From: an uncultured Verrucomicrobiae bacterium
GTDB lineage: Bacteria; Verrucomicrobiota; Verrucomicrobiia; Chthoniobacterales; UBA10450
NCBI GenBank assembly: GCA_963834385.1
Contig: CAWIBO010000005.1
Location: forward strand, 384,001 to 448,000
DNA: 64,000 nucleotides
Reading direction: 5' to 3'
The notes beneath the pieces were generated by a model. That model ran no database searches. It had not been told where the DNA came from and saw only the letters and a program-made list of their open reading frames with translations. Positions 41,418 through 51,002 of the stretch are shown piece by piece. Every line of letters starts with the position of its first letter. Position 1 is the stretch's first letter. The translations under genes and the position numbers were made by a program.

Positions 41418-43502
41418 TTACTTCGCTTCCATATGGTGGACGCCGTCCCATGCTGGCGGCGGATGGTCGGCCAGCGCGGCGCACCGGCTCGCCAGCAGGG
41501 CCGACGGTTTATCGCCGAACTCGTCCGCCAGGCGCTGGAACTGACCACGGGCCGTGGCGAATTCGCCCTTCAGGTAGAGCGCAAAGGCGGCTTCGTAACC
41601 TGAGCAAATCTCCTCGAAGCGCGCCGGACTGGCCGGGTGCGACAGTTCCGTCAGTTCCACGGGCGCGGTTTTGCCTTTGACCACTACCCGGTCGACCAAC
41701 CGTCCCGGGCCGCGTTCCGGCAGCGCGGCCAGCAATTCTCCCGTGACGAGAAACATGACCCCGTAAAATTTGGTCAGCGCCTCCACCCGGGCCGCTTCGT
41801 TGATGGTGTCGCCCACCAGTCCGTAATCGAGCCGCATGGCGGATCCTTTGTTTCCGCAGAGCACGCTTCCTTTGTGCAGGGCCACGCCGTAGCCGAAAAT
41901 GTCGCGCACGGCCGGGGCCAGGCCGGCTTTCACCTCCTGCATCGCGCTGATCAACTTGCGCGCGGCGCGCAGGGCGCGCTCCGGAGCGTCGGGTTGTTCC
42001 TGCGGCGCGCCCCAATAGCTGAGGAACTGGTCGCCAAGGAAGTGCTCAAGATTGCCTTCCTCGCTCATGATCGCGCCGGTTTGCGCCTCGAAGACACGGT
42101 TGAAAAGATCGAACATGCCGCCCGGCCCCAGCGTTTCGGCGAGCGGCGTGGAATTGCGCAGGTCGGTCAGGAGAACCGTGACCTCGGCGGCGCGCGGCTG
42201 CATGGAGCCGGGGTTGGAAAGGACTTCCTCCAGGACGCGGGGCGAGAAGTAATAGCTCATGGTCGTCCGGAGCCGGAGCCGTTCCAGGCGTTCATGGATG
42301 AAGTCGTGGGTGAGCGCGGCCAGCCCGAGCCCGAGCAGGAGAAGGAGCGGGCTGACGGTGAGGACAAGGAACCCGGCTCCATTGAAAAGAAGCTGGGTGA
42401 CAAAAACGAAGAGGACCGCCAGGACGAGCATGAGTCCGAGGCGCTTGACCGGCTGGTTGAGTCGCCGGCAAAGCCAGGCCGCGAGCAGCCCGGACCCGGC
42501 GATCAGGGCGAAACCCGTGACCCGGGAGGTTTCGCGCAACAGCTCACCCTGCAGGGCCGCCCCGATGATGTTGAGATGAATCTCCGGGCCGACCATGCGC
42601 GCGCCCGCGAACGGCGTGGAATGGTCATCATGAAAACTGCGGGCGTCGGTGGGGCCGATCAGGATGATTTTGTCGCGGAAAAACTCACCGTTTCCGTAGT
42701 TGCGCTCCCAGGCGCGGGGCGAGAGCACATCGCCGACCGGGTGAGGCCGATAGCCGAGGCCGGGTGGAGCGGTGTAACGGAAACGGTGCAGCGAGAAATC
42801 GGACGGGATGCGGTCGGCAAACCCCGCCTGCTGCAGGGCGCGCGCGGCCAGCGAAGCCGTGACCGCCTCCGGCCCGGCTGGGATGACGCTCTGGAGTTGT
42901 TCGTTCTCCAGCCGGAAAGCGGCGCGCCGCATGATCTGGTCGGGATCGGGCCAGATGTTGACGAAGCCGACACGCGCATCGAGGGCGGAACTGGCGGCCG
43001 CAGACTCGAGGACATCGGGGTGGGGCGGGGTGAAGCGCCAGAACTTGCCGCGATCCGTCTGCACATCGCTAAGGGAACTGCCGATGACGACCCGGCCGGC
43101 ATGCTTTGCCAGAACTTCACGGAGAGCGGCGTCGCCCGGGCCCGGCCCGGCAAAGACCAGGTCGATGACCACGGTGCGCGCCCCGGCCGCGAGCAGTTTC
43201 TCGATCAGGACCGCCCAGACCTGGCGCGACCAGGGGAATTGCCGGCGCAGTTCCTCGAGGACGGGGGCGACGGCGAGTTCGTCCGGGCTGAAATCACTGG
43301 CATAACTGGGGCGATCGATCCCGATCAGGACCAGTCGGGGATCGACGGGTGTTTTCCGGCCGAGGCGCAGGCGCCAGTCCTGCACGGACCATTCCGCCTC
43401 CTGGAGGGGGGCAAAGCCGGCCCCGTAAAGGAAGAGGAAGAGAGCGGTGAGAACGAGGCAGTAACCTGCCTGGATAAAGGAGCGTTTTGTTTTTGCTTCC
43501 AC
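41418..43502 (-). CDS. CHASE2-domain class III nucleotide cyclase
   Basis: FPWSR, IDLVF, D.D.IMRR, KIILIG, TPF..GPEIH, 3 TM, TDLRNST/GD/N..AR catalytic core. Confidence 0.9.
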   Translation of the reverse strand: MEAKTKRSFIQAGYCLVLTALFLFLYGAGFAPLQEAEWSVQDWRLRLGRKTPVDPRLVLIGIDRPSYASDFSPDELAVAPVLEELRRQFPWSRQVWAVLIEKLLAAGARTVVIDLVFAGPGPGDAALREVLAKHAGRVVIGSSLSDVQTDRGKFWRFTPPHPDVLESAAASSALDARVGFVNIWPDPDQIMRRAAFRLENEQLQSVIPAGPEAVTASLAARALQQAGFADRIPSDFSLHRFRYTAPPGLGYRPHPVGDVLSPRAWERNYGNGEFFRDKIILIGPTDARSFHDDHSTPFAGARMVGPEIHLNIIGAALQGELLRETSRVTGFALIAGSGLLAAWLCRRLNQPVKRLGLMLVLAVLFVFVTQLLFNGAGFLVLTVSPLLLLLGLGLAALTHDFIHERLERLRLRTTMSYYFSPRVLEEVLSNPGSMQPRAAEVTVLLTDLRNSTPLAETLGPGGMFDLFNRVFEAQTGAIMSEEGNLEHFLGDQFLSYWGAPQEQPDAPERALRAARKLISAMQEVKAGLAPAVRDIFGYGVALHKGSVLCGNKGSAMRLDYGLVGDTINEAARVEALTKFYGVMFLVTGELLAALPERGPGRLVDRVVVKGKTAPVELTELSHPASPARFEEICSGYEAAFALYLKGEFATARGQFQRLADEFGDKPSALLASRCAALADHPPPAWDGVHHMEAK

Positions 43503-43567
43503 CGAAAGGTTTGATGTGATGGAGTGCGCATGTTGCCTGTTTACAACCCTGCGAGGCAACGACCGTT

Positions 43568-44401
43568 TTGAAGCGAACCCTTCTAATCATGGCTGCCGGC
43601 GCGCTGGCTATCGGCGGTGCAAACGGCGCCGAACCGTTGACCGAGGGCACTTTTACCGAGGTCGTGCGCGACGTGGCGGTGATTGACGCACAGACGCAGC
43701 AGGCGGTCTCAGCCTCCCGGAACGGGACCGTGCGCGCGCCCAACCTGGTGCGGACCGGCCCGGCCTCGCGCGCGGAGCTTTCGTCGCCTGACCAGAGTGT
43801 GACGCGGATCGGCGCCAACACCGTCTTTTCGTTTGTCCCCTCCGAGCGCGAGCTGCAATTGCAGAAGGGGAGCGTGCTCTTCCATACGCCGTCCGGCAAA
43901 GGCGGGTTGAAGGTGGAGACCAGCGGCGCCTCGGCTGCGGTTCTCGGCACCACCATCATTATTGTGGCCACGCCGAACGGCGGGTTCAAGATCATCGTGC
44001 TGGAAGGGAAAGCCCGTGTTTTCCTGCCCGGTATGGCGGCGCGCATCGTCGGGGCCGGCCAACTGGCCTTTGTTCTTCCGGGGCAGAAACGACTTGGGCC
44101 CGTCCTCACGATCAACCTGGCCAAGCTCGTGGCCGGGGCCAGGCTTGTGCATGGATTCGAAAACGGCCTGCCCTCCATGCCGGCGATTGAGGCGGCCATC
44201 GCCCAGCAACAGCAGATGCTCGCGTCCGGCGAGGCAACTGATACCGGCGAGCCCGCAGATACCGCGGCGGGAAAACCGGGCAATAGCGTGGACGATACCC
44301 ACGAACTGATCGCGCTGAACGTGCGCGGATTTTACGGGACCCCGAAGAAAGACGCGTCCGGCCAGGGGGGATTCATCCAGCCGACGCCTCCCCCGTTTTG
44401 A
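43568..44401 (+). CDS. Secreted FecR-domain protein
   Basis: VRTG..SRAEL, RIGANTVF, AAVLGT, VLEG. Confidence 0.85.
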   Translation: MKRTLLIMAAGALAIGGANGAEPLTEGTFTEVVRDVAVIDAQTQQAVSASRNGTVRAPNLVRTGPASRAELSSPDQSVTRIGANTVFSFVPSERELQLQKGSVLFHTPSGKGGLKVETSGASAAVLGTTIIIVATPNGGFKIIVLEGKARVFLPGMAARIVGAGQLAFVLPGQKRLGPVLTINLAKLVAGARLVHGFENGLPSMPAIEAAIAQQQQMLASGEATDTGEPADTAAGKPGNSVDDTHELIALNVRGFYGTPKKDASGQGGFIQPTPPPF

Positions 44402-45420
44402 GAACCTGTTTTCTTGTCGGCCTGATTACGTTCGCGGCCGGCGCCGTGCCTTTGTTGGCGCAGGTGCCCACAGCCGCGGAACGGCTCGATGAAATGCGCA
44501 ACCGGCCCCCGACGACCTCCGGGGCCTCGGAGGAGGAGTCGTCCGTGCCGGAACTTTATCCCGGGGAAACAGGCGACACCGGCAAACAGATCGTCCTGCG
44601 CATGGAGCCGCGCCGGAAGTTCTTCGAGGTCTCGGCCACGACCGACTTCTTTTATACCGACAACATGTTCCTCGAGGAAAACGACCCGCGGGAGACATGG
44701 GTGTTTACCAGCACGGTGGAAGCGGCCCTGGCTCCCGATCCTTATGACTGGGGACCGGGAAAATTCCTGCCCCGCCTCGGCTACCGCCATCAGTGGTTCG
44801 TCTACGGCTTTGAAGGTCTCAAGGACCCGCTGGAACCCGCTCCGCTGCCCCCGCAGATCATGCCACCCCCGCCGGTGACGGAATTTGATTTCAACGCGCA
44901 GACTGTTTTCGCCGAGGCGCGTTATCTTTGCGGCAACTGGCTCCTCGAGGCCGGGGTCGACTGGAGCCGGCTGATGGAGTCGGAGGAATACACCGAGTTT
45001 TATGTCGATTACGCGCCGTTCTGGGGAGTGCGCCGGCTGATCCCGGTGGATGAATGGCATTCTTTCCAGGTGGGTTACGCCGGCCGTTTTCATTTCGCCG
45101 AGCTGCGTTTTCTGCCCGACGTGCCGGAGGACATCACGGAGCGGCTCGATCATGTTTTCAGCGCCGCCTACACCTGGAACTGGAATGATCGGTTGCTGGC
45201 GCAGCCTTACTACCGGTTCAAATACACCGATTTCACCCGGAAAAGCGACTGGGAGGATTGTCTGCATTCGACCGGGATCTCGGTGCAATATCTCGTGACC
45301 CGCTGGTTGAGCGCGCGGGTGTTTGTCGCCTACGACGCCAAGGAATCGACCAACCCGGGCGTGGACGATTACACGAAGATCGACGCCGGCGGCGGGCTCA
45401 CGGTGAACCTGCGGTTCTAG
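44398..45420 (+). CDS. Outer membrane beta-barrel protein
   Basis: Signal peptide, YTDN motif, amphipathic strands, terminal VNLRF; overlaps the FecR stop. Confidence 0.75.
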   Translation: MRTCFLVGLITFAAGAVPLLAQVPTAAERLDEMRNRPPTTSGASEEESSVPELYPGETGDTGKQIVLRMEPRRKFFEVSATTDFFYTDNMFLEENDPRETWVFTSTVEAALAPDPYDWGPGKFLPRLGYRHQWFVYGFEGLKDPLEPAPLPPQIMPPPPVTEFDFNAQTVFAEARYLCGNWLLEAGVDWSRLMESEEYTEFYVDYAPFWGVRRLIPVDEWHSFQVGYAGRFHFAELRFLPDVPEDITERLDHVFSAAYTWNWNDRLLAQPYYRFKYTDFTRKSDWEDCLHSTGISVQYLVTRWLSARVFVAYDAKESTNPGVDDYTKIDAGGGLTVNLRF

Positions 45421-45427
45421 GCGCTCG

Positions 45428-45796
45428 CGCGAGACTCTGCCGAGCCTGGGTTTACCACAGAGGCGCGGAGGGCGCAGAGGAGGCGGATTTACCACAGAGG
45501 GCACGGAGGACACGGAGGCAAGCGGATTCGGAAAACTATTCACGATCCACGATTCACCATTCACGCTGCTCGTCCCCCGGTAGGGCGAGACTCTGTCGAG
45601 CCTGGTTACCACAGAGACGCAGAGGGCGCAGATCAGGATTTTCGGGGAGGGGAAGACACAGCGCGTGAGGTTTTAGCGGCGCGTGCTCCCAGGCTCCGCG
45701 GAGCGTCGCCCTACCGAGAGGTCGCTCGCCTACCATTCACAATTCACTATTCACCATTCACGCCCCTTGGGGGGTCCCTCGCTTCGCTCGGGATGA
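45428..45796 (+). repeat. Composite intergenic repeat mosaic 4
   Basis: Shared modules plus terminal TCCCTCGCTTCGCTCGGGATGA hairpin. Confidence 0.9.
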
Positions 45797-45807
45797 GCGT
45801 CGCGCCG

Positions 45808-46497
45808 CTACAAGAGCCTGACGCTGGTCACGGCAATCCGGCCGCCGAAACAGACGTCCACGTCCGCGCCCGGGGTCCGGCCGCGATCGGTGTATTCGCC
45901 CGCGAAATAAAGGCCGCTCTCCTCCTCGTGCCGATACTTCAGGGGCAGGGGATTCGGGTCGAGCGGGCACCAGACGACTTCCGGATCGGGTGCGTCCCGG
46001 TCGAGGTGAGGCAGGTTCACATTATAGAAGAGGCCGGGCTCGCGCGGCCGCGCAAACAGCTCGCGCAGGACCGGACCGATCCAGCGGGCGGCACGCGGCC
46101 AGTCGAAACCCATTCCCGCCTTGTGATAGTGCGAAAGCGCGATGCCAGGCCAGCCGTGCAGCACGGCCTCGCGCACCGCCGCCACCGTCCCGGAATAATG
46201 CATATCCGCCCCGAGATTGGAGCCATGATTGATCCCGCTGAGCACCCAGGCGGCCTCGGGAACGAGGTGGAGCAGTCCCAGACGGGTGCAATCGGCAGGC
46301 GTGCCGTGAATGGCAAACCGCTTCTCGCCCCGCGGTTCGATCCGCACCCCTTCGCGCCAGGTCACGGCATGGCTTACGCCCGACTGCGGCCCGGCCGGCG
46401 CCACCACCACAGGATCGCCGAAGGCCGCAGCCGCCTCCTGCAAGGCTTTCAGTCCGGGGGCATCGACGCCGTCGTCGTTGGTCACGAGGAATTGCAC
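45808..46497 (-). CDS. surE: 5'/3'-nucleotidase SurE
   Basis: LVTNDDG, QSGVSH, GTPADC, SGINHGSNLG, YSGTVAA. Confidence 0.95.
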   Translation of the reverse strand: MQFLVTNDDGVDAPGLKALQEAAAAFGDPVVVAPAGPQSGVSHAVTWREGVRIEPRGEKRFAIHGTPADCTRLGLLHLVPEAAWVLSGINHGSNLGADMHYSGTVAAVREAVLHGWPGIALSHYHKAGMGFDWPRAARWIGPVLRELFARPREPGLFYNVNLPHLDRDAPDPEVVWCPLDPNPLPLKYRHEEESGLYFAGEYTDRGRTPGADVDVCFGGRIAVTSVRLL

Positions 46498-46556
46498 GCG
46501 CCCAAACTAACAATGCTTTATGTGTTCGCCACCTGAAGTAACGTCACCGGCGCGCC

Positions 46557-48140
46557 ATGAAAGCGAAATACGACGTCGTCATCCTCGGGGCCGGCCATAA
46601 CGGGCTGGTCGCCGCCAGTTACCTGGCCCAGGCCGGGCTGAGCGTGCTCATGCTGGAAAAGAACGATTATCTCGGCGGCGCGACCGTCTCCCAGCAGATC
46701 TTCCCGGACTTCGACGCGCGGCTCTCCCGCTATTCCTACCTCGTCAGTCTTTTCCCGGAGAAAATCATCCGCGACCTGGGCTTAAACCTGGAATTGCGGC
46801 GACGGGAAATATCCTCGTTCACCCCGTATCGCCGCAATGGCGCCGAGCGCGCCCTGCTCCTGAGCAACGTCTCGCTCGAGCAAAGCCGGGAATCCGTCGC
46901 CGAATTGACCGGCGGAACAAGCGAGTTCGACCAGCTCGGGCGTTTCTATGGCCTGGCGCGCAATTTCGCGGACAAGGTCTGGGACGGGCTTCTCCAGCCG
47001 TTGCCCGGGAAGATGGAACTCCGCCGAAAGTTCGAGACCGACGAGGAATCGCGCGAGGCCTGGCGGGCCCTGGCGGAGGAACCGCTCGGAATCGCTTTGG
47101 AGCGTCACCTGCAGGATGATCTCCTGCGCGGGATGGTCTTCACCGATGCCAAGATCGGCGTCTTTACGCATCCGCACGATCCCACCCTTCTGCAGAACCG
47201 TTGTTTTCTTTACCACCTGATCGGCAATCGCACCGGAGAATGGAAAGTGCCGGTGGGCGGGATGGGCGCCGTCGCGGGGGAACTCGAGCGCGTGGCGCGC
47301 GCCTCGGGCGTGGAAATGGAGACAAATATCCGGCTTCTCGCGCTCGATTTGACCGGACCGGAGAAAACGATCGAGTTCGAGGTGGACGGCCGTCCCGGTC
47401 AGGTCGGCGCGCGTTTTGTCCTGGTTAATTTTGGGCGCAACATCCTTTCCAGGCTGACGGGCCGGCCGTATCAGCCGGGCGCCTCGGATGAAGGTTCCGT
47501 TTTCAAGATCAACATGCTGCTGCAGCGTTTGCCCCGTTTAAAGGCGCAGAAGCATTCTGCGGCCGAAGCTTTCGGCGGCACTTTCCACAGTGACGAGGGC
47601 TATGCGCAGATGATCGCCAGTTTCGAACAGGCCACACGCGGCCAACTGCCGGAACGGCCGCCCTGCGAAGTTTACTGTCATACCCTGACCGACTCCTCGA
47701 TTCTTGGGCCCTCTTTGCGTGACGAGGGTTATCACACCCTGACCCTGTTCGGACTGGATACGCCATGGAGTGTGTTTGCGCATGACAACAAAGCGCTGCG
47801 TGAGGAGGCGACCCGCCGTTTCCTTGCCAGTCTCAACCAATGGCTGGAAGAACCGATCGAGGATTGCCTGGCCCGGGCGCGTGACGGCAGTCTCTGCCTG
47901 GAAAGCAAAAGCCCGGTGGACATCGAGGACGCCCTCGGGATGTATCACGGCAACATCTTCCACGATGCGCCCAGCTTCCCGTTTGCCGACACGCCCGAGG
48001 AGGTCGGGCAATGGGGGGTGGAGACCGAGTGGGAGAATGTCTTTATCTGCGGATCCGCCGCCCGCCGCGGCGGCGCGGTCAGCGGGATTCCCGGCCACAA
48101 CGCGGCCATGAAACTGCTGGGCGTTCTCGGAAAGCAGTAG
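46557..48140 (+). CDS. Phytoene desaturase-family FAD oxidoreductase
   Basis: GAGHNGLVAA.YLA, GGMG, GNIFH, GGAVSGIPGHNAA. Confidence 0.88.
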   Translation: MKAKYDVVILGAGHNGLVAASYLAQAGLSVLMLEKNDYLGGATVSQQIFPDFDARLSRYSYLVSLFPEKIIRDLGLNLELRRREISSFTPYRRNGAERALLLSNVSLEQSRESVAELTGGTSEFDQLGRFYGLARNFADKVWDGLLQPLPGKMELRRKFETDEESREAWRALAEEPLGIALERHLQDDLLRGMVFTDAKIGVFTHPHDPTLLQNRCFLYHLIGNRTGEWKVPVGGMGAVAGELERVARASGVEMETNIRLLALDLTGPEKTIEFEVDGRPGQVGARFVLVNFGRNILSRLTGRPYQPGASDEGSVFKINMLLQRLPRLKAQKHSAAEAFGGTFHSDEGYAQMIASFEQATRGQLPERPPCEVYCHTLTDSSILGPSLRDEGYHTLTLFGLDTPWSVFAHDNKALREEATRRFLASLNQWLEEPIEDCLARARDGSLCLESKSPVDIEDALGMYHGNIFHDAPSFPFADTPEEVGQWGVETEWENVFICGSAARRGGAVSGIPGHNAAMKLLGVLGKQ

Positions 48141-48147
48141 CCCCCGG

Positions 48148-50478
48148 TTACTTCGATTTCATGACCCAGACGCCGTTCCACTCGCCTGCGGGCGGGTTGG
48201 CCTTGAGGTACTCGCAGCGGTTGATGTAGGTCTGGCTCAGTTTGTCGCCCGGGTGCAGCGCGAGGACCTCGCGGAACTGGGCGATCGCGCGGTCGAAATC
48301 GCCTGCCCGATAGTATTTCAGGCCGCCCCGGAACTGGTTGATCGCCTCGGGCATGCTGGGAAACGTCTCGTCAGAATGAAAATCGAGGATTTCGTGGATG
48401 GCGACCGGCTCGGTCTTGCCTTTCACGATCACCAGATCGATCTCGCGTGACCGGTAGGTGCCGCGCAGTTTGCGGTAGGTGTTGTCGCTGCAGAGGATCT
48501 GCGCGGAATATTCCTTGCAGGCGCTTTCCAGGCGCGAGGCCAGGTTGACCCCGTCGCCGATGACGGTGTAATCCATCCGCTTGGGCGAACCGATGTTGCC
48601 GGAGACGATGGTGTCGGTGTTCAGGCCGATGCCGATCTGGATCGGCTTTTGTCCGCGCCCGGCCCGCTGCCGGTTCAGGCCGTCGAGCTGCCGGATCATG
48701 GCAATGGCGGCGCGCATGGCGCGGTCGGGGTCGTCATCGTGCGGCACCGGAATGCCGAACTCGGCCATGATGGCGTCGCCGATGAACTTGTCGAGCATGC
48801 CGCCCTCCTCGGCGATGCAGTTGACCATGAGGGAGAAATATTCGTTGAGGAGGGCGACCGTGCCCGGGGCGCCGACCTCCTCGGTGAGGGTGGTAAAGGA
48901 GCGGATGTCGGAGAACAAGACCGTCGCCTCGACGCTTTGGCCGCCGAGAATTTCGCCGCCGGCGGCGAGGAGCCGGTCGGCCAGGCCCGGGTCCATGTAG
49001 CGCGACATGGTCGATTTCATCCGTTTCTCGCCGCTGATGTCCTCCAGCATGAGCATGGTGCCGAGGCGCTTTTCCTTCAGGCTGATCAGCGGCTGGATGG
49101 TGAGGTTCACGTTGACCTTTTCGCCGCCGAACTCGGCCTCGGCGTCCATCAGGACATCGCTTTCATTCGTCTCGGCGACGCGCGCGATGCGATCGTTGAT
49201 CCACTGGTTGTTGGCGGCGAAAAGGTCGGTGGCCGATTTTCCGATGAGTTCCTCGTCCGTCGCGCGCAGGATGCGGTTGCCGGCGGCGTTGCAGGTATGG
49301 ATCCGGCCCTCTTCATCCAGCGTGATGACGCCGCTCGACATGCTTTCGAGGATCGACTCGTTGTAGTTCTTCATGTTCTGCACGTCATCGAAGAGATTGG
49401 CGTTCTCGAGCGCGATCGAGACCTGTGCGGTGAAGGCCTTCAGGCGCGCCTCATCCTCGTCGGTGAAAGGGCCGCCGGCCCTGTTCAACGCCTGGGTTAC
49501 GCCAATGACGCGCCCGCTTTTGTTGATCACCGGGACGCAGAGAATGGAACGGGTGAAATATCCGGTCTTTTTGTCAAAGGCCGGGTTGAACCGGAGATCG
49601 GCATAGGCGTGCGGGATGTTGACGCTTTTGCCCGACTGGAAAACGGTGCCGGCGATGCCGGCGTGGTCGGGCAGCCGGAGCTGAACGGCGTTCAAGCCTT
49701 CGCCCACTTCGGACCAGAGCTCCTTCGTCTTTGGATCGTGCAGGAAGAGAGTGGACCGGTCCGCCTTGAGCATGCGGGTGGCCTCGCTCATGACGCGCCG
49801 GAGCAGGAGGGACAGATCGAGCGAGCTGGTGATATCCGCGACCAGGTCGAGGAATTCCATTTCCTGCTGGCGCGTTTTCCGCATCTTTTCCACGAACTGC
49901 GAGCTTTGCAGGGCGACCGAGGCCTGCGTGGCCATGGCCTCGAGCAGGTCGAGATCGTCCATGGTGAACTGTTCTTCACGTTTGTTCAGGGCCTGGACCA
50001 CGCCGATGACGTCGCCGCGCGCCGTCTTGATCGGGGCGCAGAGGATGGAGCGGGTGGTGAAGTTGGTCTGCTCGTCCACGTCCCGGTTGAAGCGGGGATC
50101 GGAGTAGGCGTCGGGCACGATCTCGCCGCAGCCCTGCTGGAAGACGGCGCCGGCGATGCCGCTGTTGTTCAGGATGCGGATCTCACGGTGGAACGTTCCC
50201 TGCGCCACCCGGGAATAAAGCTCGTTCGTGGCCGCGTCGTTCAGGAAGAGGGTGCCGCGTTCCGCGTTCGTTTCCGCGGTCACAATTTCGACCAGGGTGG
50301 CGAGCAACTCGTCGAGGCTGTCGATGGCGGCGACGCGGCGGCTGAGCTGGAGCAGGCGTTCGGTCTGGCGCAGGCGCGACCGGAGCAGGGCCAGCGTCTC
50401 GCGCGGCGGCTTTTCCTTCGTCCCGCCGCGGCGGGCGGTTTTTGTCCCGCCCGGGGCGCCGTTACGATCAGCGGCCAT
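48148..50478 (-). CDS. GAF-GAF-PAS adenylate cyclase with C-terminal TPR (CyaB-like)
   Basis: Two GAFs with NK/NR..F..D motif; FSDIRSFT, DKFIGDA, DYTVIGDGVNLASRLE. Confidence 0.92.
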   Translation of the reverse strand: MAADRNGAPGGTKTARRGGTKEKPPRETLALLRSRLRQTERLLQLSRRVAAIDSLDELLATLVEIVTAETNAERGTLFLNDAATNELYSRVAQGTFHREIRILNNSGIAGAVFQQGCGEIVPDAYSDPRFNRDVDEQTNFTTRSILCAPIKTARGDVIGVVQALNKREEQFTMDDLDLLEAMATQASVALQSSQFVEKMRKTRQQEMEFLDLVADITSSLDLSLLLRRVMSEATRMLKADRSTLFLHDPKTKELWSEVGEGLNAVQLRLPDHAGIAGTVFQSGKSVNIPHAYADLRFNPAFDKKTGYFTRSILCVPVINKSGRVIGVTQALNRAGGPFTDEDEARLKAFTAQVSIALENANLFDDVQNMKNYNESILESMSSGVITLDEEGRIHTCNAAGNRILRATDEELIGKSATDLFAANNQWINDRIARVAETNESDVLMDAEAEFGGEKVNVNLTIQPLISLKEKRLGTMLMLEDISGEKRMKSTMSRYMDPGLADRLLAAGGEILGGQSVEATVLFSDIRSFTTLTEEVGAPGTVALLNEYFSLMVNCIAEEGGMLDKFIGDAIMAEFGIPVPHDDDPDRAMRAAIAMIRQLDGLNRQRAGRGQKPIQIGIGLNTDTIVSGNIGSPKRMDYTVIGDGVNLASRLESACKEYSAQILCSDNTYRKLRGTYRSREIDLVIVKGKTEPVAIHEILDFHSDETFPSMPEAINQFRGGLKYYRAGDFDRAIAQFREVLALHPGDKLSQTYINRCEYLKANPPAGEWNGVWVMKSK

Positions 50479-50920
50479 GGGTTTCAAGCTGTTGCCGGAG
50501 GAGGGCGATGGTTTCCCGCAACTGGCGCGCTTCGTCTGCGGCCCTTTGTTTCACCTGCTCCAGGGCGGTGGCCTGTTCGTGGGCCTGCCGTTCCATCTCG
50601 TCGCGCAGGGTGGCGATGGTGGCGTGCAATTGCCGGGCCTCATCTTTCCCGGAGGCCTGGGTCGCCTGCACGGCCTCGCGTTTGGCCAGGTCGAGTTCCT
50701 CCATTTGCGCGCGCAAACTCCCGATGGTGGCCTGGAGCTGCTGCGCTTCGCCCCGGCCGGCAGCGCGCGCGGCCTGCACCTCCTCCTGGCGCGCCGCCTG
50801 CAAACTCTCCATCTCCTCGCGCAGGGCTGCGATGGTGTTCCTCAAGTGCCGCGTCTCCGTTTGCAGACGGTACGTCTCGGCCGCGGCGTCCTGGTCGATC
50901 AGATCGGTCTTCTCCGGCAC
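50468..50920 (-). CDS. Coiled-coil hypothetical protein, translationally coupled to the cyclase
   Basis: Repeated E.xQL.ATI..LR..ME helix; stop overlaps the cyclase start region. Confidence 0.7.
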   Translation of the reverse strand: MPEKTDLIDQDAAAETYRLQTETRHLRNTIAALREEMESLQAARQEEVQAARAAGRGEAQQLQATIGSLRAQMEELDLAKREAVQATQASGKDEARQLHATIATLRDEMERQAHEQATALEQVKQRAADEARQLRETIALLRQQLETHGR

Positions 50921-51002
50921 CCCACAAGTGTCGCGAATAAGGATGGGCGCCCGCAAGAGGGAAGTGGGGGCCGGCTCAGGTCTGAGCCGCCCCCAGCCAG
51001 GC

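Noticed and set aside
41637..50940. Long antisense ORFs (e.g. 41637..43514, 48649..50940; also 1970..3535, 31287..33059)
   Set aside because: Shadow frames of well-supported opposite-strand genes in high-GC DNA
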